From Poseidonia sp. (GTDB taxonomy: Archaea > Thermoplasmatota > Poseidoniia > Poseidoniales > Poseidoniaceae): 38,278 nucleotides of DNA. The position numbers and the translations under genes were made by a program. The stretch lies in assembly GCA_038136695.1 (NCBI GenBank), contig JAYQAK010000002.1, positions 8,561 through 46,838 on the forward strand, written 5' to 3'. Below the pieces are notes generated by a model that saw only the letters and a list, made by a program, of their open reading frames with translations, had not been told where the DNA came from and made no database searches. Shown here in pieces: positions 29,276 through 37,359 of this stretch (its first letter is position 1; each line of letters starts with the position of its first letter).

Positions 29276-30691
29276 TCAAGCGTTGACGTTTCGAATCTCG
29301 GGGGTTTGGTCTGCGAAAAAGAATTCGAGCATCGCCGCCCACAACACGAACTGAATGCTGGTTTCCAGGTTTTCTTGCCCACCGACCACGGAGACCATGT
29401 TCTCCAGGGTGTCTTGCGGGGAATGGTAGGCGGAGTAGTCGTCGTCGTATGCGCCGAGGTGGAAGATGGTTTGAGCGCCCAGGTTGCGGAAGGTGACGTG
29501 GTCTGAACGACCAAAGGTGTCCTCATGAACGTCCATCACCAGGTTGCTGTGGTTGTCCCAGTGCTGGTCGCAACCAGCCCCGTAACTGCCATCGATTCGC
29601 AAATCCATCGGGGCTTTCAACACGTTTCGGTGGACGTGGTCAAGGATGCTCGTGATGGCCACGTCTTGCACCTCTGGGTCAACGTCCGGTCCCGACCATG
29701 CGTGGTAGGGAAACGGATCGCCGTTTTCTTTGACCGCTGGCCACGAAATGCCCATCATGTCCATGTTGATGTAAAACCGCAATTCTTTGTCTTGGGGAAG
29801 ACAAGCGTCGCAATCGTTGTTTGCGAACGCGTTGGAACCACGCAGTCCTTCTTCTTCCGAGGACCACAGGGCAAGGAAGGTGTCGCACTCCACCTCCATC
29901 TCGGCGAACACCTGGGCAAACAGCATGATGGCCACCGTACCCGCCGTGTTGTCGTAGGCGCCTTCCCATGTTCCTCCTCCTGGCGGTCCAGCGGGCGGCG
30001 CGATGTCCATGTGAGCGCCCATGCCTTGGACGCAATCGTCGGAGCGGCCTTGTTTCCAAGCGACGACATTGAGGGATTCCGGTTGTGTCGGGTTGAGGGT
30101 GTCGACCACGCGCATCAAGTGGGTGTCGTATCCCAAGCCCTCGAAATGACCCTGGAAGTACGAGGCAGCTCGCTCAAATTGCGGGTTGGGGCTCCCCATC
30201 CATCGGAAGTTGTAGGAGCCGCAATCATCCGAAGGGGTGTCGCATGTGATGTAATCCATCTTTTCGAACCAGGCCTCTCCACTGACGATGGGCGTCCCGT
30301 TCTCGATCGCAGGTGTGTAGGTGGTCTTGGTGCCGTCTTTGGCGTAAATGGTCAATTCGATCGCTTCCGTGTAGGGCGTGGTGAGCATTTGGAGCAGAAT
30401 GCGGTCCCCGTCAACCGGCACCGAACTGTCGATGTCCAGCGAACCGTTCACGAAAAACAGCACGTCGTGGGCGGGGGCGCTGATTCGCAACCCTTCACCG
30501 ATGAGCAGAAGGTCGTGCCACTCACCTGCACGTACCACCACATCACCAGCAGGAGAGCCATCGATGGTGAGCACGTCGTTGAGGTTGATGGACGGTGTTT
30601 CCTCTTCCCCGAAACAACCCGAAAGCGGAGCCATCAGCATCACGAAGACGAGCAACAAGGCTCGGGCGGTGCCTGCAGAGGGACGGGTCAT
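29276..30691 (-). CDS. M28-family zinc aminopeptidase, probable lipoprotein
   Basis: The listed start at 30742 is GTG. The first ATG, at 30691, gives MTRPSAGTARALLLVFVMLMAPLSGC, a lipobox-like L-S-G-C. M28 metal/catalytic motifs appear in order: GAHMDIA (H-x-D), YDNTAGT, SSEEEGLRGS (EE), INMDMMG, AYHSPQD. Confidence 0.8.
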   Translation of the reverse strand: MTRPSAGTARALLLVFVMLMAPLSGCFGEEETPSINLNDVLTIDGSPAGDVVVRAGEWHDLLLIGEGLRISAPAHDVLFFVNGSLDIDSSVPVDGDRILLQMLTTPYTEAIELTIYAKDGTKTTYTPAIENGTPIVSGEAWFEKMDYITCDTPSDDCGSYNFRWMGSPNPQFERAASYFQGHFEGLGYDTHLMRVVDTLNPTQPESLNVVAWKQGRSDDCVQGMGAHMDIAPPAGPPGGGTWEGAYDNTAGTVAIMLFAQVFAEMEVECDTFLALWSSEEEGLRGSNAFANNDCDACLPQDKELRFYINMDMMGISWPAVKENGDPFPYHAWSGPDVDPEVQDVAITSILDHVHRNVLKAPMDLRIDGSYGAGCDQHWDNHSNLVMDVHEDTFGRSDHVTFRNLGAQTIFHLGAYDDDYSAYHSPQDTLENMVSVVGGQENLETSIQFVLWAAMLEFFFADQTPEIRNVNA

Positions 30692-30748
30692 GCTCTGCCG
30701 TTTGAATTGGCCTTCATAGGGCTTGGCCTTCTGCTCAAACACAACGGC

Positions 30749-31426
30749 TCAGTAGGGGACGTCTTTCCAACCGATCTTGTAGCCGATGAGGTTGAAGGAT
30801 CGGTGCAAGATCGGGGTGATGACGATCACCGCCACCATGGGCAGACGAAGTTCTTCGGCCGCAAGGACCGATGGGCCAAGAAAAAGTTGACCGCACAGGA
30901 AGACCATGATGGCAAAGGGCAGGGTGTCCAACAGCGGGGCCTTGGACGAAACATCACCTTCTCGCTTCAGGCCTCGTCGGCGCTTGAAGAACGAGCCCGT
31001 GCTGTCACCGAGCAGGCAGGTGAACCCGAGAAAGGTACCAAGGACGAACGCAGCTCCTGTTTGGCCCCCGATGAAGAACCATGCATCTTCGGCACCGGTC
31101 AGTGGGTGGGCGAACACGGTGGCGCCGTCATCAAACACGGTGTCCATGCTTCCCAAACTCACCAGGCTTGCCAACAGCACGCACAGCAGGCCCGAAGTGA
31201 GCGAACCGCCGATCAAACCGTTCCACGTCTTGCCATCACCGAGGACCCGGTTACCGTCTTTCATGGTGCGGCCTCCGTCGATGGGCCATGGCCCGTACCC
31301 GGTTTTGGGCAACCATTTCCCCCACATCATGGCGAACGTATTGGCCAAAAAACCGGGTAAATACAGCCACAAGGTCAACAAACAAAGAAGCAGGAAATCC
31401 ACGGTCGTCACCGCCCAAACGAGCAT
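30749..31426 (-). CDS. carS: CDP-archaeol synthase (CDP-2,3-bis-O-geranylgeranyl-sn-glycerol synthase; DUF46 family)
   Basis: The ATG at 31426 is preceded by GGTGAGGAG. Polytopic membrane protein with PGFLANTFAMMWG, PIDGGRTMKDGNRVLGDGKTWNGLIGG and LGDSTGSFFKRRRGLKREG....PLLD. This matches the conserved CarS pattern (PID.G...DG.R.LGDGKTWRG ... SF.KRR.G). Confidence 0.8.
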   Translation of the reverse strand: MLVWAVTTVDFLLLCLLTLWLYLPGFLANTFAMMWGKWLPKTGYGPWPIDGGRTMKDGNRVLGDGKTWNGLIGGSLTSGLLCVLLASLVSLGSMDTVFDDGATVFAHPLTGAEDAWFFIGGQTGAAFVLGTFLGFTCLLGDSTGSFFKRRRGLKREGDVSSKAPLLDTLPFAIMVFLCGQLFLGPSVLAAEELRLPMVAVIVITPILHRSFNLIGYKIGWKDVPY

Positions 31427-31504
31427 TGGTTGCTCCTCACCTCAGCCTTTCATGTTTGTTGAGCACAGATGGGAAGGCTGGCGCACTTTGGTGGACCAAG
31501 GAGG

Positions 31505-31576
31505 TGCGGATAGCGGGAGTCGAACCCACGACATAAGGTTGGAAACCTCAGATGATAACCACTTCACCATATCCGC
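31505..31576 (-). tRNA. tRNA-Gly (anticodon UCC)
   Basis: The minus-strand read GCGGATA-TG-GTGA-AGTGGTTA-TCAT-C-TGAGG-TTTCCAA-CCTTA-TGTC-GTGGG-TTCGACT-CCCGC-TATCCGC-A folds as a cloverleaf. It has a 7-bp acceptor stem, 4-bp D stem, 5-bp anticodon stem, the loop TT-TCC-AA, a 5-bp T stem and the TTCGA T-loop. No CCA is encoded (ACCT follows). Confidence 0.85.
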
Positions 31577-31636
31577 AGTGTGGTAAGTCTAGCCACCAAC
31601 TTCCCCTCTTTGAGGCAATCGGTTCTCCGGCTTCGC

Positions 31637-34600
31637 TCACTTTCTACGGAACTCATCGAAGACGGAGCTCGACGGTGGACGAGGCATCGTTTGTGGGCGT
31701 TGAACCATGCCACGTTGCGGCAGTTCTGTGATTCCATGATGCTCCCGTATCTCGGCCAACCTGCGCTCTCGACGGAGGGTTTCCTTGGAGTTCTTGGCCC
31801 GTCCTCGTATCATCAAGGCACCCATGAGAACAAACAACACCAAGCCTGCAAGACCGGCTTGCAACATCACGTTGTCCGTCACCATGGTGAGCAGAGAACC
31901 TTCGGCCTCATCGAGAAGAACCACCGGTGCATTGGAATCTTGTGCTTCGATGGTGACCGTTACGGTATCCATCGGGTAGTTCGCTCCAGGCTCACGAGCG
32001 GACAGCAACAGGTTGTGGGTGCCCATGACCTTCGCCGTTCCCGAAAACGTGACCGTTTGTGTTGTCCCTGTGTTGGACGTGAAGGTCAGGAAATGATTGG
32101 AGGTCTCACCTGCGATGCTGGTGGTCGCTTCCCAGTCCACGTTGGCGGCGAAGGCCGTGCTCATTTGCGTGCTGATGGTGCAGGTGAACGAGAACCATCC
32201 ACTCGCCGCTAAATCCACGGTGATTTTGGTCGGGGCGCAGGTCATCGATGCTTCGGCTGAGTTGCGAGACGCATCGTTGGGCCAGTGGTCCGGCCGATAG
32301 GCGCCAAGGCTGGCGTTGTCGCCAAAGCCATCGCCGTCCGTATCGGTGTGCTGGGTGCGCTGGTCAGGGAAATCGTCCGCGGCATCGGCCCAGCCGTCAC
32401 CGTCTTGATCAAGACAGCCGGTCAGGCCGCCTTGGGTTGAATCGCCAGGTTCCGCAGGACAGTCGTCACCGTCGGTTCCAGCGGCTTCATCGCCGTAGCC
32501 GTCACCATCGCTGTCGAACCATTGCGAGGCGTCACCGGGCCAGAGGTCGTTGATGTCGCTTGCTCCGTCTTCGTCCGTATCGGTGCAGCCAAAGACATCC
32601 AGCGTGGATGTTCCTGCCTCGTTTGGACAGGCATCGGGTTGCGAGCCGTTGGGGTTGTCACCGTAGCCGTCGCTGTCGGCGTCTGACCACTGGGTCGCAT
32701 CGCCGAGGAAGTCGTCGTTTTCGTCGGAGGTCCCATCGCCGTCTTCATCCACGCAGCCAAACCGGTCGACCGTCGAACCACCGGCTTCGGTGGGACATGC
32801 ATCCGGTTGCTGTCCTGTTGCGTTGTCACCAAAACCATCACCGTCTTGGTCGCTGAACTGTGTCGCATCGTCGGGGAAGGCATCGGCTCCGTCACTGGCG
32901 TTCCATCCGCTTTCGTTTCCAACTGGAGGGCTTGGGTTGGAGACGCCATCGCCATCGGAGTCCAAGCAACCAAGGCGGTCTTCGGTGGAGGTTCCGGGCG
33001 TGAACGGGCAAGCGTCTTCCACATCGTCGAACCCGTCTGCGTCGGTGTCGTTCCATCGGGTGGGGTCGCTGGGGAAGGCATCAGAGGCGTTGGAGTAGCC
33101 GTCGCCGTCGTCGTCGACACAACCATAGCGGTCCTCGGTGGACGTTCCCGCTTCACCCGGGCAAGCATCCGGTTGCAAGCCGCTGGCGTTATCGCCGTAG
33201 CCGTCCCCGTCTTGGTCCAACCATTGGGTGTCCAAGTTGGGAAGAGCATCGATGGTGTCGTCCCAACCATCGCCGTCGGCGTCAGGGCAACCGAGGCGAT
33301 TGCCTTGGGTCGAATTGCCCGCATCGTTGAGGCAAGAATCAGGGTTGACACCGCCGGGGTTGTCGCCGTAGCCGTCACCGTCGGTGTCGGCCCACTGCGT
33401 TTGTTCGTCGGGATGGCTGTCCTGGCTGTTGGCCCATCCGTCCTCGTCCGCGTCTGGGCAACCAAACGTCCCGTTTTGCCACGATTCACCGTAGGTGTTC
33501 ACACAGGCATCCGGTAACGAACCGCTTGGGTTGTCGCCGTAGCCGTCGCCGTCGGTATCGTTCCATTGGGTTGAATCGGTCATGAAGGCGTCCGCTCCGT
33601 TGGCCGTGGTCCAGCCGCTGTCAGGGTCGGAATAACCGTCACCGTCTTGGTCGGGGCACCCTTTCCGATCGTGCATCGAGGTACCAAACAGGGTGGGACA
33701 ATCGTCATCCAACCCGTCGTCGTATCCGTCGCCGTCGTTGTCCCCCCATCGATTCGGGTCGTTGGGGTAGGCGTCGGCACCGTCATCCGTGGTCCACAAG
33801 GCGTCCGGGTCGGAATAGCCGTCACCGTCGGTGTCCGGACAACCTCGCCGGTCGTTGGTTGAGTTGCCGTTGACCAGCGGGCAAGCATCGCCGTTGGTTC
33901 CCGTCGGGTTGTCGCCGTAGCCGTCCCCGTCCGAGTCAAGCCATTGGGTGGCGTCGTTGGGAGCCACATCCGCTCCGTTGGCGGTGGTCCAGTTGGCGTC
34001 GCCATCGGAGGAACCGTCGCTGTCGGTGTCGGCGCAACCGAAGCGGTCGCGCGTGGAGGTTCCACTGGTTGAGGGACAGGCATCGCCTTGGTAGCCCGTC
34101 ACTTCATCGCCGTAACCGTCACCGTCGGTGTCGGCCCACTGGGTGCTTTCGCTGGGGAAGGCGTCGTCAACGTCGGCGTATCCGTCACCGTCCGTGTCCG
34201 TGCAGCCCAAGCGTCCGGCCTCGGTCGAGGTTCCAAACTGCGTGGGACAGGCATCCGGATTGTTTCCGCTGGCGTTGTCGCCATAGCCGTCGCTGTCACC
34301 GTCCGACCACTGGGTTGCATCGGACGCAAAGGCATCGGCTCCGTTGGCCGTGGTCCACAACACGTCAGGGTCGGAGTACCCGTCGCCGTCCGTGTCGGCA
34401 CATCCGTAACGGTCCTGTGTTGAGGTGCCGCTGCTGGTTGGACATCCGTCACCGGTGGTGGCAGGAGGAGGGTTGTCACCGTACCCGTCTCCGTCGCTGT
34501 CCACCCACTGCGTGTCATCGGTGGGGAACGCGTCGGCTCCGTTGGCGGTGGTCCATCCGCTGTCTGCGTCGGAATAGCCGTCGCCGTCTTGGTCGGGACA

Positions 34601-37219
34601 CCCGTTGCGGTCTTCATCAGAGGGCCCAGAAACGGACGAACATGCGTCTGCACCGTTGGCGGTGGTCCATCCGCTGTCGGGATTGGAGAACCCGTCACCG
34701 TCACTGTCGGTGCAGCCGTAGCGGTCGCCCGTTGAGTTTCCGGCGAGGCTGATGCATGCATCGGGTTCGGTTCCCGCACTGTTATCGCCGTAGCCGTCGA
34801 AATCGGTATCGGCCCACTGGGTGGGCTCTGAGGGGAAGGCGTCAGCACCGTTGTTCACGGTCCAATTCCCGTCTGGGTTCGAATAGCCGTCGTTGTCGGT
34901 ATCCGGACACCCGGTGCGGTCGATGGTGGATGTGCCGGCCGTTTGATTGCAGTCGTCATCCTCGTCCTCGTAACCGTCGCCGTCGGTGTCTTGTGTGAGG
35001 TTGGTGAGGGCGTAGTCACCGGTCATGGCGAGAGCGAAAAACTGCGGGCCGGTGGGGACATTGGAGCCCAGAACGTGGACTTCCCACGTTCCTTGGGCGG
35101 GTGAGGACAACGTCATGCCGCGAAGGTTGTCGAGGTTGTTGCTCAGGTTCGTCCATGTGCCAGAGGGGTCCTTAACGGCCAAATCCAGGTCGTTGACGAG
35201 GTTCGTGCTCGCTGTTGGGGTTGAGGCGGGGTCCGTCCACGACAACGCGAGATGGATGTCAGCGGCGTTGGCAGGGACGTTGAACGACCAGCCACGCTCA
35301 GCGTTGGTGATGACCGATTCGCCTTGCAACCACGAGGTGTTGATGGCTTGCGTCATGTTGACCAGACCCCATCCTTCGTGGTTGTTGGGCGCTGCTTCAC
35401 CAGCCCCGTTGGTGCTTGAGGAGTATTGCCCTTCCATGTCGTGGGCGCTGGCGATGAAGATGGCCTTGATGAGGGCGGAGGTGGGGGCGGTTTCGCCCTC
35501 GTTGTCCATGAGGTGTTGCAGCAACAAGGCCGTGGCCCCTGCGGTAAGGGGCGTGGCCATACTGGTGCCACCCATGTAAGTGTAACTGGCGTTGTGAGCA
35601 AGCCAACCTACGGCGGTCGTGCTGCGAGACTTGGTGGAGAGAATGTCGGTCCCCGGTGCGCTCACGTCGGGCTTGAGTCGTCCGTCATCGGTCGGGCCAC
35701 GCGATGAAAAGGCGGCCATGCCTTCTGGGTTGTTGGAGCGACGGTCGTTGTTGATAGGGGAACCGTAGCTGGAGCCCCAAATGTAGGAAATGTTGGCCCG
35801 GTCGTTCTCACTCGCTCCCACAGTAAACACATTTTTGGCCGTGGCGGGTGCACCCAAGGAGTCCAGATCGATTTCACCATCACCGTTGGCATCCACGCCT
35901 TCGTTGGCCGCAGCGAACAAAATCACGAGCTCGTCGTGGGTTCGTGCACTGGCGTCGGCTTGAGCAGAGGAGGTGGTGTACTGCCCGGCGACGGGCGCAC
36001 CCCAAGAATTGGTGTGCACGCGACTGCCGTTTTCCCAGGCGAGCGCGAACATGTCGTCGAGGTCATCTGGAATGCCAATGAGCGACTCGGAACCGTCGTT
36101 CATGGTGGTGCCGATGGAATGGAACAGGAGATGGGCTTCGGGTGCAGCGCCGACGATGTCGCCGTTGCTGTGTGTTCCATCGCCCAAGACCGAACCAGCC
36201 ACGTGGGTGCCGTGTCCGTGATGGTCCTCGGCATCGTCACCGCACGGGCTCAAACTGTAGTAGGTGCATTCCGCAGCCGAGGGCGGGAAGGAAAGAATCC
36301 CGGTGATGTGGTCTCGGAAATCGGGGTGCATGTTGGAGTTGTTAACGCCGTTGTCCAAGCCCGTATCGGCCACCGTAACGATGATTCCAGTGCCGTCAAG
36401 TCCCGACCAACCCGAGTTGATGGCGGCCATGTTTGTGCCACTCCACACATCGGTGACGTTCATGACCTGAATGCCCTTGGAATTGAGAATTTCAAAAAAC
36501 GGCTTTGGTTCAATCCACTCGACGCCTTCTTGCCGGGCGAGCCATCCAAGGCTGTTGATGTTCACTTCGAGCGTAGCGAACCGTCCGCTGTGGGAATGGA
36601 CGTCAACATCGTCCCGGTGGTTGATGCCCTCGGGCAACGCGTCCCCAGCCAACATGATGTTGACAAAAGCGAAATTCTCGTTAACGAAGGGGTTGGGTGC
36701 CACCATTTCGAGGCCCATCATGCCACGAACGAGGTCCATTTGCACCTTGTCCACCGCATCCATGCGGGCCATGCCTTGCACGTCGAGGGCAGCCAAGTGA
36801 GCCGGTGTTACGCCAGCAACATCGCAGTGGAAGCCGGTAGGTGGTAGGAACGAGAAACACTCGATGCCAGCCTTTGCCAATCGACCGTGCCAGTCGCTTG
36901 GCACTGGATAGGTGTGGCTCAGGATGTGAAACCCGTCGACCACGTTCTCCCCGGTTCGGTCGACCCAATCGGTCGGCGCCACCAGCGTGACGTCGCGGTA
37001 GATGAGCCGAGACACGTCACTCCCCGAAGCGGCCGGAAGCCATCCGTATTCGGCCGTGGCGGTGGGCGTGATGCCCACTTGGGCCAACGCTTCCAAGTCG
37101 GCGTTTGTTTCCGGTGCAGGGTTCTCTTGTGCTGCCGACGCAAAGGCCAGCGGGGAGAGGACCTGAAGGACCATCAAGGCGCAAAAAAGAACAGAGGCTC
37201 GACGGCGTACGCTCAGCAT
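31637..37219 (-). CDS. Giant (1,860 aa) secreted, membrane-anchored subtilisin-like serine protease (peptidase S8) fused to a long calcium-binding repeat array
   Basis: ATG at 37219. Signal peptide ASVLFCALMVLQVLSPLAFASA. The S8 triad is given in the domain entry. A beta-jelly-roll follows the protease (LALSWTDP...LVNDLDLAV...GTWEVHVLGSNV..PQFFALAMTG). Then comes the repeat array, an Ig-like module, the C-terminal TM AGLAGLVLFVLMGALMI and a basic tail. Confidence 0.9.
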   Translation of the reverse strand: MLSVRRRASVLFCALMVLQVLSPLAFASAAQENPAPETNADLEALAQVGITPTATAEYGWLPAASGSDVSRLIYRDVTLVAPTDWVDRTGENVVDGFHILSHTYPVPSDWHGRLAKAGIECFSFLPPTGFHCDVAGVTPAHLAALDVQGMARMDAVDKVQMDLVRGMMGLEMVAPNPFVNENFAFVNIMLAGDALPEGINHRDDVDVHSHSGRFATLEVNINSLGWLARQEGVEWIEPKPFFEILNSKGIQVMNVTDVWSGTNMAAINSGWSGLDGTGIIVTVADTGLDNGVNNSNMHPDFRDHITGILSFPPSAAECTYYSLSPCGDDAEDHHGHGTHVAGSVLGDGTHSNGDIVGAAPEAHLLFHSIGTTMNDGSESLIGIPDDLDDMFALAWENGSRVHTNSWGAPVAGQYTTSSAQADASARTHDELVILFAAANEGVDANGDGEIDLDSLGAPATAKNVFTVGASENDRANISYIWGSSYGSPINNDRRSNNPEGMAAFSSRGPTDDGRLKPDVSAPGTDILSTKSRSTTAVGWLAHNASYTYMGGTSMATPLTAGATALLLQHLMDNEGETAPTSALIKAIFIASAHDMEGQYSSSTNGAGEAAPNNHEGWGLVNMTQAINTSWLQGESVITNAERGWSFNVPANAADIHLALSWTDPASTPTASTNLVNDLDLAVKDPSGTWTNLSNNLDNLRGMTLSSPAQGTWEVHVLGSNVPTGPQFFALAMTGDYALTNLTQDTDGDGYEDEDDDCNQTAGTSTIDRTGCPDTDNDGYSNPDGNWTVNNGADAFPSEPTQWADTDFDGYGDNSAGTEPDACISLAGNSTGDRYGCTDSDGDGFSNPDSGWTTANGADACSSVSGPSDEDRNGCPDQDGDGYSDADSGWTTANGADAFPTDDTQWVDSDGDGYGDNPPPATTGDGCPTSSGTSTQDRYGCADTDGDGYSDPDVLWTTANGADAFASDATQWSDGDSDGYGDNASGNNPDACPTQFGTSTEAGRLGCTDTDGDGYADVDDAFPSESTQWADTDGDGYGDEVTGYQGDACPSTSGTSTRDRFGCADTDSDGSSDGDANWTTANGADVAPNDATQWLDSDGDGYGDNPTGTNGDACPLVNGNSTNDRRGCPDTDGDGYSDPDALWTTDDGADAYPNDPNRWGDNDGDGYDDGLDDDCPTLFGTSMHDRKGCPDQDGDGYSDPDSGWTTANGADAFMTDSTQWNDTDGDGYGDNPSGSLPDACVNTYGESWQNGTFGCPDADEDGWANSQDSHPDEQTQWADTDGDGYGDNPGGVNPDSCLNDAGNSTQGNRLGCPDADGDGWDDTIDALPNLDTQWLDQDGDGYGDNASGLQPDACPGEAGTSTEDRYGCVDDDGDGYSNASDAFPSDPTRWNDTDADGFDDVEDACPFTPGTSTEDRLGCLDSDGDGVSNPSPPVGNESGWNASDGADAFPDDATQFSDQDGDGFGDNATGQQPDACPTEAGGSTVDRFGCVDEDGDGTSDENDDFLGDATQWSDADSDGYGDNPNGSQPDACPNEAGTSTLDVFGCTDTDEDGASDINDLWPGDASQWFDSDGDGYGDEAAGTDGDDCPAEPGDSTQGGLTGCLDQDGDGWADAADDFPDQRTQHTDTDGDGFGDNASLGAYRPDHWPNDASRNSAEASMTCAPTKITVDLAASGWFSFTCTISTQMSTAFAANVDWEATTSIAGETSNHFLTFTSNTGTTQTVTFSGTAKVMGTHNLLLSAREPGANYPMDTVTVTIEAQDSNAPVVLLDEAEGSLLTMVTDNVMLQAGLAGLVLFVLMGALMIRGRAKNSKETLRRERRLAEIREHHGITELPQRGMVQRPQTMPRPPSSSVFDEFRRK
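32315..34990 (-). repeat. About 15 tandem units (55-62 aa each) of thrombospondin-type-3-like Ca-binding repeats inside the protease gene (residues 744-1635)
   Basis: Recurring unit: GC(P/T/A)D.DGDGYSDPD..WTTANGADAFP.D.TQW.D.DGDGYGDN.....PDACP...GTST.DR. Each unit has two D-x-D-x-D-G-x-x-D loops and conserved Cys pairs. I counted 15 'GCxDxDxDG' anchors by eye. Confidence 0.85.
35392..36457 (-). other. Peptidase S8 catalytic domain (Asp285 / His336 / Ser553)
   Basis: VTVADTGLD (Asp codon, plus-strand nt 36365-36367), HGHGTHVAGSV (His, 36212-36214), GGTSMATPLTAGATALL (Ser, 35561-35563). Confidence 0.9.
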
Positions 37220-37359
37220 ACCTCAAGGGTAGACTGGGACCCTCATGAAAGATTTGGAGGAACCGCTTTGGTATCACCGACATGACCGAGGGTTCAAGAG
37301 TTACAGGCTGAGCGCTATCCATTATGACGAGGGCCCATGCCGCCGGCGGAAAGAAGGAC

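Noticed and set aside
29525-31360. A 611-aa plus-strand ORF spanning the M28 peptidase and CarS genes.
   Set aside because: It crosses two well-supported minus-strand genes (M28 metal-ligand motifs and the CarS signature). Its translation is low-complexity (H/R/G/V-rich) and has no start context. It is an antisense artefact.
32422-34848. Long alternative-frame and opposite-strand ORFs in the protease repeat region (32422-33489 and 34099-34848 on the minus strand; 32807-33517 and 34069-34752 on the plus strand).
   Set aside because: They arise from the periodic, stop-poor GAC/GGC-rich repeat DNA. Only the frame giving the DxDxDG units continues into the S8 catalytic domain and the signal peptide.
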